NCBI GenBank assembly: GCA_964016885.1
Contig: OZ024742.1
Coordinates: 321,532,001 to 321,596,000, forward strand
DNA from: Eledone cirrhosa
Lineage: Eukaryota
Direction of reading: 5' to 3'
DNA length: 64,000 nt
Positions 1 to 13,782 of this stretch are shown in pieces. The position numbers and the translations under genes are program-made. The number at the start of each line of letters is the position of its first letter. The first letter of the stretch is position 1. The notes below the pieces were generated by a model. It had not been told where the DNA came from. It searched no databases and saw only the letters and a program-made list of their open reading frames with translations.

Positions 1-130
1 CGGCTATTTCTGGAAACGGCTTGAGCTCTGCCGTCGGGGTCATACTTTTCCTATTTCCCACTCTATTACCCTAAGTATTGAGTACTCTGGTGCGTTATGG
101 TCCATCTGGTTCCTTACCACAATTCCTTTG

Positions 131-132
<2 letters not shown>
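1..132 (+). mobile_element. Family A hammerhead fold-back element, partial copy
   Basis: Near-identical to 6847-6997 but lacking AGTCCAGAAATAGCCGTC; ends in (TA)n. Confidence 0.8.
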
Positions 133-164
<32 letters not shown>

Positions 165-844
165 GTGTGTGTGCGAGTGTGTGTATGTATGTATGTAAAA
201 TATGCATGTTTATGTATGTATAAAGGTATGTATTTATTCAGATCGTTGGTATCTATAACCAGATCTCTACAATCAGACAATCCTCTCTCTAATAGATTCC
301 TAATTGGTTCTTTTTTTTTTATTTTGTCTTCACAGACAACAGGACACTGTGATGTTCTTATGAAGTTAATTATTTATATTAATATTTTTTTTTAATCATC
401 CGATTTCCATGACCCCCCCCCCCTCCCGCTCCACTTCTCTATAACCTACTCATGTAACGTCAGTCTCCCTACCGTACCATTGTGGCAGCTCTTTAAATTC
501 TGAGTTCAAATCGCACCAAAATCAATTTCACCTTTCATCTTTCCAGGGTCAATGAAGTACCTGTCATGTACTGGTACCGGTATAATTAACTTTCCTCTCA
601 TCCAATTGCCGGCCTTGTGTCTAAAATGGAAACCATTTACTATTTATAAGGATTGCTTCGTAGTGTTTTGTTCAGGCTTTATATGTTCTTTCTTCAAATT
701 CCACCGTGATCAACATTGCATTTTATCCTCCCTGGATCGATAAAATATAGTACTGACGTCGATACTACCGACTTTCCCCTCCCCACTAAAATGTTGGACG
801 TGAGCCTTAATCAGAAAACATTATTATTATTATTGAGGGTGGTA

Positions 845-1069
845 GGGCGGTGGATTGGCAGTATCGGTAAAGGGTCGGACGCCATGCTTTGTAGCATAGA
901 GTTACGGCCCTTTATGATCTGAGTTCAAATCCCACCGAGGTTAACTTTGCCTTTCATCCTTGCGGGGTCGATAAAATAAAGTACCAGTAATGCGCTGAGA
1001 TCAATTTCATCGACATTCCCCTCCTTCCAAATTGCTGGCCTTGTGCCTATATAAGAAACTATTATTATT
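845..1069 (+). mobile_element. tRNA-derived SINE (Deu/Nin-like central domain)
   Basis: A-box-like TGGCAGTATCGG, B-box GAGTTCAAATCC, central GCCTTTCATCCT..GGGGTCGATAAAATAAAGTACCAG, (ATT)n tail. Older copies at about 480-640, 7580-7745, 31885-32020, 32515-32620(-), 43430-43600 and 55364-55475. Confidence 0.8.
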
Positions 1070-1136
1070 GAGGGTGGTGTATTTGCAGTATCGGTAGAGC
1101 GTTGTACTACCATGCTTCGCGGCATATAGTTACAGC

Positions 1137-3622
1137 ATGCGGCACTTTGCTCAGCTGTTCGGGCAGGGCGGCGCGCCGGGAGGGGTTATGGATTTCGGGC
1201 CATACCTCGACGGCCTACCGCGATTCTCGGACAGCGAGGAAAAGTTCTGCGAAAAGCCGATTTCAGCCGCTGAGATAGGGGACGCGTTGAGCCAATGCGG
1301 CAAACGCAAATCTCCAGGTCTCGACGGTCTACCCTACGAATTTTACATAGCAATGCCGGACTTATTCTCCGGTCTCCTGGAAGCGGTCTACTGCATCTGG
1401 CAACAGAACGGGAGAATTCCCAGTTCTGTGACCGGGGGCGTAGTCACACTAGTCAGGAAGGACGAGAATAAGGGGGATGACATAGGCAACTTCCGGCCCA
1501 TAACTCTGCTAAACACAGAGTTACAGATTTTGGCCAAGGTGTTGGCAAAGAGGCTGGCGCTTGTCGAGAACCTGGTAGGAGAAGCGCAGACATGCGCAAT
1601 CCCGACCAGGTCCATACACGACAACCTCCACCTCATGCGATACATCATAGAGAGGGTAGGGTGTAAACCCGGCTTCGGTGGGGCCCTGATCAACTTGGAT
1701 CAGTCTAAGGCTTTCGATAGGGTTGACCATCGTTACCTGGATGCGGTGCTCGAGGCGGCAGGCTTCGGACCCGTGTTCAGGGGCTGGATTGTTGCTGCAA
1801 TGCATAACAGCAACATCTGCTCAAGGGTTAAGGTGAACGGCTACCTCTCGGAGCCGTTCCATATCACGCGTTCCATTCGACAGGGATGCCCTCTCTCCTC
1901 CCTTCTGTACGTATTGACTCTCGAGCCACTACTGCGGAAGTTGGAGCTATTGCAGGGCATCCCTCTGGAACCGGGACTGCGGAAAGAGGAGTCGGCCTAC
2001 GCCGACTACGTGACAGTAATGGTGTCGAGCGCCTCGCAAATCGAGGAGGTCGGCACCTTACTGAAGGAATACGAAAGGTTCACAGGAGCGAAGCTGAACC
2101 GGGACAAGTCCATCGGTTTGCAACTCGGATCGTGGAGAGGCAACCCGATGCCTTCCGATGGCGTCGTCGGACGCTGGACGGAAGGACCGGTAAAGCTGCT
2201 CGGGGTCTGGTTTGGTCTGGACCTCCAGGTGGAGAAGAACTGGAACGAGGTGTCGGCCAAGGTGTTTGCACTCACCCAGAAGTGGGCCGAGTGCAAACTA
2301 TCCTTGAAAGGTCAAGCGGAGGTGTCAAACACTTTTATAGCGTCCGCCATCTACTACCGCTTGACCGTCGTGCCTTGTCCAGCCAAAACGTTCGCCAAAA
2401 TGGAGCGCGCGCTCTTCCAATTCCTTTGGAAGAGGCGAGCTCTTTTGGTGAGAAGATCCATCTGCTGCCAACGCCCTTCCAACGGAGGGCTGGGGATGCC
2501 GTGGATGACGATGCGCAAACACGCGCTCAGGCTGCGGCATCTCTACGTATTCCTCACCGGACAACCGGTGTGGGCCCCGTTCGTGAGGCGAGCCTTCCCA
2601 CGACTCGTCTCGCAGACCGAGCTGCAGTCCTGGGTCAAGCAAAGACCGAGGAAAATGGGCGACTGGCACATCGAATGTGCTCAGGCGCTCACAGCTCTCT
2701 GGCAGGCGGACCCGGCGATCAGTGGAGACTCCACTTCGTCATTCTATAGAGGGTTGATCCGCAGCAAGTGCGACGACGTGCTCGGTGAAACTCTGGGCGT
2801 AGAAGAAGACGAACTGACCAGTCTGTTCGGTAGGACCTTCCGCCCGGGACCGATGGACAACTTCCAAAAGTCCCTGGCCTGGCAGTGCTACCGAGGAGCT
2901 CTACCAGTTCGAGACAAGCTCTACAGACATGGGCGCCCGAGCAGAGACCCTGCAAAAAAGATCTGTCCGAGGTGCGTACGAGACGAAGAAACCGTCGCGC
3001 ACGCATTCATACACTGCCCGGGCGTCACCGACCTGTGGAGCTATGTGGAACGACTATTGTCGCGGGTGGGACCAATCCGGTTGACCACCGAGTCCATTGT
3101 CATGATCAAACCGCCACCCTCCTTCAAAAACGAAGGAGAGGCGGTTTTCCTTCGTGTGATAGCTATGGCGAAAGAGGTTGTATGGTGGACAAGGTTGAAA
3201 GGGCTGAGGTCAGACACCTTTCTCTCCAGCCAACAACTGATTCTTTTTTTCAAATACCACTTTGGAAGAATAATCAGGATGGAGAGAGAGGTGCTATACC
3301 CCAGCAAGTTTTATGAAAAGTGGGTGAAAGTGGCGAGAATGGCCCGAGTGAATGGGCCTTCTCTCTATATCAGCCTGTAGGTTGAGGAAAAAGAGGAGGA
3401 GGAGAGGAAAGGAGTACAAACTCTTCGTACTCCTGGAGATGAGGGTTGCACATTTTTTTTCGGGGGTATGTGTTACCCATATGTAATGTCTCCCCCTATT
3501 GGGGAAAATCGATTAATTTTTAAATTGCATTTGTGATAATATTTTACACGTTTTTATTGTATGTAAACTTCCCCCTTTGTATTTGTCCCCTTCTTTTGTG
3601 CCCCTGTGGCTAATAAAGAAAC
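1137..3622 (+). mobile_element. 5'-truncated Tx1/L1-clade LINE (RT + C-terminal CCHC/zf-RVT)
   Basis: 747-aa ORF with KSPGLDGLP, FRPITLLN, DQSKAFDRV, RQGCPLS, YADY (altered YADD), GGLG and CPRC..ETVAHAFIHC; 3'UTR ending GCCCCTGTGGCTAATAAAG. Confidence 0.93.
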
Positions 3623-3649
3623 ATATATAACTAGCTATTTATCTCTCTT

Positions 3650-4592
3650 GGGCGCCTGGCACCGAGTGCCTTCAGGCGCTCACAGCCCTCTACCAAGCGG
3701 AAACGGTAATCAGCGGAGACTCCACCTCGACATTCGATAGGGGATTAGTGGAGGATAATTGCGACGACGTTCTCGGGGAAACTCTAGGCATCGAGGAGGA
3801 CTTTCCGTCCAGGGCCTATGGATAACTTACAGAGGTCTCTGGCCTGGCAGTGCTACCGATGAGCTCTACCTGTTCGAGACAAAATCTACAGGTACGAACG
3901 CACTGGCAGAGATCCTGCCAAAAGGACCTGTCCAAGATGCGAGCAGGACATCGAAACCGTTCTGCACGCAATTGTTCAATGCCCAGGGGTGACCGACCTG
4001 TGGAATTATGTCGAACAGCTGCTGTCACGTGTGGGACGCATCCAGTTGTCAGCCGAGTCCATCGTGAGGATCACCCCGCCGTCTTCATTTAAGAATGAAG
4101 AAGAGCTGGTTTTCCTCTGTCTGGTGACTATGGCGAAAGAGGTAATATAGTGGACGAGGTTAAAAGGACTGAGGGCAAACACCTTTCTGTCCGGACAACA
4201 ACTCATCACTTTCTTTAAGAATCATTTCAGAAAAAGGTGAGAGTGGAGAGAGAAGTGCTACGCTCCAGTAAATTCGCTGAAAGGTGGGTGAATGTGGCGA
4301 AAATAGCCCGAGTGAATCGGCCTTCTCTGTATACAAACCTGTGGGTTGAGGAAGACAAAGAGATGGAAGACGGGAACACCTATAAAACGTGTTCCTGGTG
4401 TTGAGAGTTGTTCTATCCACGGGGTGTAAAACAACCCCGCAGTAACGTTCCCGCCTATTGGGGATTTCGATTGTTATATTTTGTACATATTTTATTGTTA
4501 TCCATTATTATTGTTAAATATTTTATGTAAAACCTCCATCGTCACGTCTTGTAATGTCCTATTTTTGAACGCCCCTGTGGCAAATAAAGAAA
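3650..4592 (+). mobile_element. Second, diverged 3' fragment of a related Tx1/L1 family
   Basis: Homologous to 2658-3622 (GCCTGGCAGTGCTACCGA, CPRC..ETVLHAIVQC), frameshifted; same 3' end GCCCCTGTGGCAAATAAAG followed by (TATC)n. Confidence 0.88.
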
Positions 4593-4611
4593 TATATCTA
4601 TCTATCTCTCA

Positions 4612-4671
<60 letters not shown>

Positions 4672-4939
4672 GTCTATCTATCTATCTATCTCACTAGCTA
4701 GCTATTTATCTGTCTATCTCTCTTACTAGCTAGCCATTTATCTGTCTATCATATCTGTCTATCTATCTCACTAGCTAGCTATTTATCTGTCTATCATATC
4801 TGTCTATCTATCTCACTAGCTAGCCATTTATCTGTCTATCATATCTGTCTATCTATCTCACTAGCTAGCTATTTATCTGTCTATCTCTCTCACTAGCTAG
4901 CTATTTATCTGTCTATCTCTCTCACTAGCTAGCTATTTA

Positions 4940-4988
<49 letters not shown>

Positions 4989-5025
4989 AGCTAGCTGATC
5001 AGCTGTTTGTTTATCTAGCTAGCTG
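4593..5025. repeat. (TATC)n and CACTAGCTAGCTATTTATCTGTCTATC minisatellite
   Basis: Directly visible tandem units; related sequence at 3628-3648 and 6275-6385. Confidence 0.9.
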
Positions 5026-5378
5026 CGGAGGATTACATGAAAATCGGATGATTTTAGAAAAAATAAATAAATATAAATAATTAACTTTATAAGAACATCA
5101 CAATGTCCTGTTTCTGTTAGAGAGAGGATTGCCTGACTGTAGAGATCAGATTATAGATACCAATGATCTGAGTTCGAGATTCTGTGACTCGGATTCGATA
5201 TTGGCTTGATTTATTGCAGCTTACTATTTTGTGAAAGGGTTCTTTGAGTTCAAACCAAGTTTTCTTGTTTCATCACACTCATTGTGTGTGTGTTTTAATT
5301 AAAACTTATCATAATGATTTTAAAATTGCTTAAAATGCTATATTTGTATGTATGTATATATATATATGTGTATATACG

Positions 5379-5409
<31 letters not shown>

Positions 5410-5750
5410 ATGTATATGATAGTTGTCACCACCAGAGAGCTAACTACTGTAAGCCAGGAAGCCGCTCTTAAGTCCAGACATGTTTTGGGGGCACATTTTG
5501 CAGTTGAGTTTAAAAGTTATTGATGGCAAAGTGTTCTTCCTCCGAATCATCCTCAGTTCTGTGAATTTTATTATGTTTCTTAAGGCCACCGAATGATTTG
5601 TATCTTTTGTGTCAGATTAGACATAAATTCTGTGTTCAGGTCATATGTAAATTGGTTTATATCATGCGACCTTATATGAGAATTCAGACCTGCATTTGAT
5701 AGGCAACCATGAACATTTGTAGACAGCTTAACATGTCCCTATCCTTATTT

Positions 5751-6270
5751 CTAACTAGAACCGCGATTAGTCCACGTCCACGTCCACAGTGGCACAGTCG
5801 GAAAATCTAGTCGATATCTACCGGCCAGGTCAAATCGGCCGATTAACTGTTTAAGGATGTTACACCCCACTTTATCGGGACATGCTCCCACATAGTCCCA
5901 ACGTGCATCTAGGAATCCATTCCAGTCCCCCACTAAAAGCAAGGAGCGGGACGTTCCCAGAAAAGTCTCTAGACGTTTGAAGAAGTCTGGCCGCGGTGTC
6001 CCGGATGGGGCATATGCGGCCACCAGCCTGAAGGCTCCACCTTCACTACCGTCAACGTCTAGGACCACCAGTCGACCCTCCGGGTCCAGATGTACCGTCT
6101 GTGTTACGAGGCCCAGGTGTTTCCGCAGCAAAACGGCAACCCCGCCCACACACCCCGGCTGACAGAGAGATGCGTAGATCTCAAAGTCATCGAAGATGGG
6201 GGCCAGCTGTCGCTCGCTGTGGATCCTGGACTCGCAAATGGCTACTACATCCATACTGTGCGACATGAAG
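5751..6270 (-). mobile_element. Tx1/L1-type APE endonuclease fragment
   Basis: DVVAICES, GGVAVLL, EGRLVVLDV, VAAYAP and LVGDWN motifs. Confidence 0.88.
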
Positions 6271-6625
6271 TGAGAAAGATAGATAGATATATAGCTAGTT
6301 AGTTAGATTAGCTAGATATATAGTCAGATCGCCAGCTAGCTAGCTACATAGATATATAAATAGCTAGCTAGATAAATAGATAAATAACATCTTTCCGCCA
6401 GAATTTTAATGTTTTTTTGACTATGATAGATTAATTTTTTATGAAGAATTTGGAAGTAAAAATTTTAAGTCGTTTCAAAATTTAAAATTATCACAATGCT
6501 TTCAAGATTGCTTCAAAATTGATTCAAATATTTAAATAACACAGAAATCAAGGGTCAATTTGGAATTTGGATGTCACAACAATTCCGTCTTATAGCGGAA
6601 TATGGATGAGATAGCGATAGAGAGG

Positions 6626-6700
<75 letters not shown>

Positions 6701-6756
6701 AGATAACACTATTTTTTCTCCCACCTCTCTCTCTATATATATATATCCTCGTGTAT

Positions 6757-6804
<48 letters not shown>

Positions 6805-6805
6805 G

Positions 6806-6997
6806 GAAAAAGTATGACCCCGACGGCAGAGCTCAAGCCGTTTCGACGGCTATTTCTGAGTCCAGAAATAGCCGTCGAAACGGCTTGAGCTCTGCCGTCG
6901 GGGTCATACTTTTTCATATTTCCCACCTTACTACTCTAAGTATTGAGTACTCTAGTGCGTTATGGTCCATTTGGTTCCTTACCACAATTCCTTCGTT
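6806..6997 (+). mobile_element. Family A fold-back element with 3' half of a hammerhead ribozyme
   Basis: Perfect 53-bp arms (6806-6858 / 6863-6915); right arm reads GAAACGGC-TTGAGCTCT-GCCGTC/GGGGTC (stem III and GUC site); (TA)n on both sides. Confidence 0.8.
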
Positions 6998-7007
6998 ATA
7001 TATATAT

Positions 7008-7125
7008 ATATTCATTAGTTAAGCAAAACAAGACCACAAATTTCACAAGGAAGACATTATTAAAATCTTTTAATAATGTCTTCCTTGTGAAATTTGTGGT
7101 CTTGTTTTGCTTAACTAATGAATAT
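7008..7125. repeat. Perfect 58-bp-arm palindrome from the end of the family F element
   Basis: Arms 7008-7065 / 7068-7125 with a TC spacer; the left arm recurs unfolded at about 23214-23272. Confidence 0.9.
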
Positions 7126-8174
7126 TTCCAGCTCTGTGCACCTAACCTCTGCATGAACCCAGCCACCTAGCTGCCTTCCACTGCATATTGCACATTGAGC
7201 ACATGCCTTTACGCTTTGGCTTCTAACTAATTCACCAATCTCTCTTCTCCTCTCCTATCTCCATCTCTCTCTTTAAGATTGGTTCCTCTTGAACTGTGTA
7301 TATATATATAGAGAGAGATATAGTTGTTATGTAGTGTAAGGGTTTAGCGCCAAGAAACGGATAGATAGGGAGAGACAGAGAGGGGGGATAGAGAGAAAAT
7401 AGATAGACTGACCTGTAAGATGTGAAAGCGGGTGGATTCAGTTTGATTACAAAACAATTGAATCTTAGAGTAGAATGTGAACATTGAGAGATGAGAGGGA
7501 GGCGGGAGAAAGCGAGTGAGAGAGAAAGTGAGTGAGAGGGGAAAAGGGAGAGAGAGAGGAAAGGATTTTTATCTAGGGTAGGCGCCAAATTGGCAGAGTC
7601 GTTGAACCTAGGATAGAATGAATGTTTTGCGGTATTTGTTCCAGTTCTCTGCTCTCTGAGTTCAAATCCCGCTGAGATCTATTTTGCCTTTCATCATTAT
7701 GAGGGCGATAAAAAAAGTACCAGTCTAGTACTGGTGTCGATTCTTCCTCTGTATATCTTCCTCGCTTCCCTCTCCCACGTTCTACCCTTCTCTGGAAGAA
7801 ATCTACTGTGTTCAGGCTTAAAATGCCCCCAAAACGCTATATGCCACTACGGCGCCCCTACCATTCCTCCAGGATTTACACGACCTTGCTATACCATACT
7901 AAGGGTGCGGCATCAAGAACAGGATAAAGAGATAAAGAGATAGATAGACCTGATGAGGTGAGATAGCGAATGGCTTTATTTTGATGTCATAACAATTAAG
8001 AAAGAATTTATTTAATTTCTGACCTACATCACTGACATACTACTTCACTAATTAGTGGTGGTGGTAGTGGAGCCGATGGTGGTGGTTGTGGCGCCGGTGA
8101 TGTTGCTGGTGGTAGAGATAATAGTGAGCATTAGGGTGATAATGATAATGATAATGATAATGATAATGATGATG

Positions 8175-8216
<42 letters not shown>

Positions 8217-8746
8217 CATTAGATTTTTGCGCTTTCGTAATTAAAATAGATGGCTGGTGGTAGTGGTAGTGTTTTTGGTTGTTTAACTCGAGGTCACACC
8301 ATATCTAGCCGTGACCTTCCCTACTGTATTCTATATGCAGAGAACCCACGAGAACATTATCCAATGTGTCTTCTATTGGGTGGTAAGATGTATTTTCATG
8401 GAAACTTTGCTGTTAATAACTATTTGTATTGGTTTCTGGGGTAAATTAAAGTATGAGCAATACATACATGTAGACACGTACACACATACATAGACACATA
8501 CACATATACACACATACACATACACAGACACAGGCACATACACAGAAACACACACACACACATAAAACCCATAAATCTATATTCGACCCCGCTCACCAGT
8601 CTCATATACTATACAAAGAAAAGTAAAAATCACACTCTATACTTCAAAATCATATCCCACAACCCTCCCGACAATACAACCACCAACCCGCACCAATTAC
8701 TGCTGTGACGGACATGTTATGTAAATGCTATAATAATCTTACACAC

Positions 8747-8820
<74 letters not shown>

Positions 8821-9470
8821 TATTACTGAAAGTTGAGGTAATTAGTTAATAACAGACATGTCAACTGTTAAAAGCCTATTTAGTAATTCGGAGTAGAGTT
8901 CTACCTATCGCTTTTGAATAGATTCTGTGTCTGTGTGGAGTTTGTATCTTTTTAGTCTGCAGCAACCTGTGTTTTACATGCCATTTGTTTCCACCACTTA
9001 TCTTTGATTAAAACGATTAAAATGGATCAATTTGAAGAAGACATTGGTTATGTATCAGCCAGCTCCTAACGAGCCGTATATTCCGCCAGTCATAATTGGA
9101 AAGAGCAAAATATTGAATATAATTGACAAATTGGTATATTTTGGCAAGTGAACTCTCAGGCTCACTAGATATCGAGATTCCCCCCCCCCCCCAAACATCT
9201 GATGCTTTTGATTAAAACGATTAAAATGGATTTATCTCCTGTAGTATTTAGTAGATCGATAGTGGAGTCAGGTTTATTACATCGATAAAGACCTCGAGTC
9301 AATCATCTATGAAACGTATGTAACGTTCGATATGAAATAAAAAATATTTAAAAGTGAAACTTCATTATCTCATACATAATATATAAACTGAGCTATAACA
9401 AGAGTTCCTACTGATTCCACCTCCATTAATCAACAAAATTACCGAATACACTGCATGTATACACACACAG

Positions 9471-9538
<68 letters not shown>

Positions 9539-9542
9539 TACT

Positions 9543-9620
<78 letters not shown>

Positions 9621-10851
9621 CGAGAGAATATAGAGAAGTGACTCACGAGTTCATATATATATATTAGTAAAAAAGAAAAAAACAGTAGAAAATGCTAAAG
9701 GGATTTTCTCTCAGAATAACAGCAAAACATTTATTTACAAAATAGGAATTTCCGCATTATTTGTACCGGTTTCAGCTTGTAGGTTTCTTCATACGACGGA
9801 AGTGTATAATGCAATTAAATTGCATATTAATAAGAACAATAAGAACAATAAGAATACTTCCACTATTAATGGTGACACAGCTAATTCTTTTTTTTCTTTT
9901 GTTTCCTTTTCTTTTTTATTATTGCCGTTATTTTAGTCGTCATTATTATCATCATTATTATTGATGTAAATAAAATTAACAATTATTCACACAATATACA
10001 AAACACTTGCGTATCATCAGGATCGTTAAAATGGATTGAATTCAACTCAAACACGTAACAAGAAAATTAGCAAGTACTGAATATAGGCAAGCAATGAAAA
10101 AAGCAGACGAAGTTAGTGGTCGTATAAATACAGTGAAAAAGTATTTTTCTTTAGGCTTATGAGGCATAAGGCAGTATAGATTATTTCGTGTAAGCGTTGG
10201 AAGAACAACTAACTGTACACTGGTAATATGCCACAACAGATAGAAAGAGAAAAGAAACAAACCGTCCAAAGCCCACAACTGGTTGCTGTCGAGATCCCAA
10301 GCGTACTTGGACCGCGTAAAGCCGAGCTCCTGTTGCAGCTGGTGTCGCTAGCCATCATCTGCAGGAATGCTTTTGCAGTCTTGTCTGCGGGGCGCAGCCT
10401 CTTTACCGCCGCGTCCTAAGCCCAGAACCCAATCGCCCTCCCTATTCTTCTGTGACACTAGAATCTTTGCCATTCCTTCCCTTTTCCGGTTTTTTTCTTT
10501 ATATTTTCTTATTTTACATTCCATTCTTTCTTCTCAATCTAAATTTTCAATTTTTTTTTTCTTTTTCTATTAAACTGTATTTACATGATATATTCCATAA
10601 GTATGAAATTGAGTTAGAAATGGAAGCTTTCGCCGTATTTTGACTAAAGAAACTGCCAATACCCATCCTTTTCCATTTAGGTTTCCCCACTATAAGGCTA
10701 ATTTTCTTTAGTCAAAATACGGCGAAAACTTCTGTTTCTAATTCAATAGTAATTAAGTAGTGTTGCATTAATAGACCTGCAATAGGTTTCAGCCTTTCCC
10801 CTCCATTAAGTCTTAACTACTTTCAACTACACTTCTTGACAATATTATATC

Positions 10852-11023
10852 ATCGGTAGAGGGTCGGACGCCATGCTTTCCAGCATAGTTACGTCCCTTT
10901 ATGATCTGAGTTCAAATCCCGCCGAGGTTGACTTTGCCTTTCATCCTTACGGGGTCGATAAAATAAAGTACCAGTAATGCACTGGGTAATTGCTGGCCTT
11001 GTGCCTAAAGTAGAAACAATTAT
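10852..11023 (+). mobile_element. tRNA-derived SINE, young copy
   Basis: Near-identical to 15209-15393 and to the reverse complement of 54660-54848. Confidence 0.82.
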
Positions 11024-11217
11024 ATCAATAAACCCTTAATAGCTCAATATTAAATGCAATTCTACCCCTTAAACCAGTGAATATACATCTCCTTTTTCTT
11101 TTCTTCCTATTTAATCTCAGATTACTTGTTGGCGCACATTACAACCCACTATATTATGTATATGTTTATATAAGTAGACATATGTGTGTCTGTATATATA
11201 TATATATATATATATGT

Positions 11218-11259
<42 letters not shown>

Positions 11260-11357
11260 GTACATATGTATATGTGATACGTATTATGTTTAGTATAAAT
11301 AATTGCTAATTAACTGTATCTTTTTCATTTTAAATATATATATATATATACGTATGT

Positions 11358-12490
11358 GGATGTTTGGCCAATACATTCAGAAAGTCTTGCAGATCAGTTC
11401 TATAGTAACTCATTATGGCCAGATCGTCTGCATAGCTAAGGTTTGATAGGATTTTACCTCCTATTTGATAGCCAGATGAGCATTCTTCTTCAGTTTGGTA
11501 GATAAGTGCAACTATAACTATACAGAAAAGAAGTGCTGATAGTGCATCCCCCTGCTTAATTCCCTTCAAGATATCTATACAGCGAGTAGTTTCCAAATCT
11601 GTTTTGATATATGCTGTTGAGTTGGTATAAGTTTCTTTCAATAGGTTGATGTATTTTTCACGTTGTCAAAAACTTTTGTGAAGTCAATTAAGGTGATGTG
11701 CACAGGGTTGTTGAATTCTATTGATTTCTCAATAATTTGTTCAATAGCTAGGATCTGCTCAATGGTGCCTCTTCCAGATTGATACGCAGCTTGTGTTTCT
11801 GGTTTACACATCAACATCTCCAAAACAAAATGTATGACAACTGATAAAAACAATGCGAATCTCCAACTCACAATCTACAACCAGCAAATTGCTCAAGTTA
11901 CGGCGTTTGTATATCTCGGTCACAAACTATCATCAAACAACAATGGAATGGTTGCTGCGCAGTATCGCATCGCTCCAGGCTGGGCAGCTTTCAACAAGAA
12001 CAAGGAAGTACTAACATCAAAATGAGTTTCCTATCATTTGAAGGCTAATATCTTTGATACTTACATCCTACCAGTTGTGTTATATGGTCTTGACTGTGTT
12101 AACTGGACGACAAGGTCACTTCAGAAGCTCTTTACATTCCAGAACCACATCATGAGACTTATGACTGGCAAGCGTCTCAGCAACCGTATCTGTATGAATG
12201 AGTTGCACAACATTACCAAACTTAGACCAATTACATTAACTGTCAAGTCAAGAGTACTCAAACTATACGGCCATATAAAAAGATCAATTCGTGGTGTGAG
12301 TAGGTTATGCCTGGAAGGAAGGCTGGCTGGTAGGAGAAGCAGAGGCCGGCAGCCAAAACGATGGCTTGACAATGTCAACTTATGGACTGGACTTGATCTT
12401 TGTTCTTGTGATCTTGCTGCTGGTGATCGAACTTTGTGGAGAGAGATATCGCATGTTAATGCGCAGTTTGCAGCTGGCGGAGTTTAGCGT
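11358..12490 (+). mobile_element. RTE-clade LINE fragment with inverted 5' part
   Basis: Minus strand 11802->11358 encodes QAAYQSGRGTIEQI, IDFTKVFD, KQGDALS and YADD; plus strand 11801-12487 encodes GLHINISKTK, FVYLG, LYGHIKR and RSRGRQPKRWLD. Confidence 0.88.
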
Positions 12491-12976
12491 CACAAGAATA
12501 TACTTGTGTGTGGGGGGGGGCGTGTGTGCGTGTGTGTGTAAAGTAAAGAGAAATAACAAAGCAAACGAAATATATTAGTTTAATGCTTGAAATGGCAGGA
12601 AAAGAAAATCAATGTTTCGTACACTAGTCCTTCATAAAAAAAATAGAGTTAGAAATAAAAGATAGGATAGAAAGATAAAAAGTGAGAAAATGGGGTGGAA
12701 ACACACGTGTGTATTCATATAAAAAATCAATTATAGGTGTTCACCATTTTTTTTTATTTACAGGGAAATTCATATATGTGTGTGTGTGTGTGTACGTGTG
12801 TGAGTGTGTGTGTAGGTGTGTGTGTGTGTGTGCAATATTAATAAGAATAACAATATTGTTATTATTAAGTTGAATCTTTACCAGAAGGTTGTAAGCTCGA
12901 TGCAATGGGGTTCAGGTAGATATTATATGTACTATTTATTTTAAAAAACTGATTCTTTGGTATATTTTTATAAATA

Positions 12977-13049
<73 letters not shown>

Positions 13050-13053
<4 letters not shown>

Positions 13054-13782
13054 GGAAAAAATGAAACGAAATTTCATTTCCCACTCTTAGTACGGCTGTT
13101 ACTTAAATATAAGTATGTATACGTACATACATATATGTATACAGACGAACAGTAGTATGTATATATATATACATACATACATCCACACATATATATATAT
13201 ATGTACGTATGGATTTACCGAACATTTATTATAATGCTCGGTGTGTTTGTAAACAAACATCCCGAATTAAGCCGTACAGTATTTAGCAACCACCGTTGCT
13301 CTTTTGTTCAACACCGACAAAGGAACGCTGTATACGTCTGTATACATATATGTATGTACGTATACATACTTATATTTAAGTAACAGCCGAACTAAGAGTG
13401 AGAAATGAAATTTCGTTTCATTTTTTCCGTTTATCGTTTTCGGTGCGCCCGGCCGATTAACTCACTCGATATGCAAATTAGGCTGCTCAGCCGTTAATAT
13501 ACATAAGGAAAGTATATACTTTCAGACGTTCAATCATCTGGCAGGAAGGTATACGTTGCTTGAAACTAGTACAGCGTTCCTTTGTCAGTGTTGAACAAAA
13601 GAAAAACAATGGTTGCTAAACACTGTACGGCTTAATTCGGGATGTTTGTTTACAAACACACCGAGCATTATAATAAATGTTCGGTAAATCCATACGTACA
13701 TATATATATATGTGTGCATGTATGTATATATATATACATACTACTCTACGTCTGTATACATATATGTATGTACGTATACATA

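Noticed and set aside
845-940. tRNA gene
   Set aside because: The A/B boxes belong to a multi-copy SINE head; no cloverleaf or acceptor stem.
1886-2749. 287-aa overlapping ORF within the LINE
   Set aside because: Alternative frame of GC-rich RT sequence with no recognisable motifs.
7950-7972. CTGATGAG...GAAT possible hammerhead
   Set aside because: GAAA is absent and stems I-III are not convincing.
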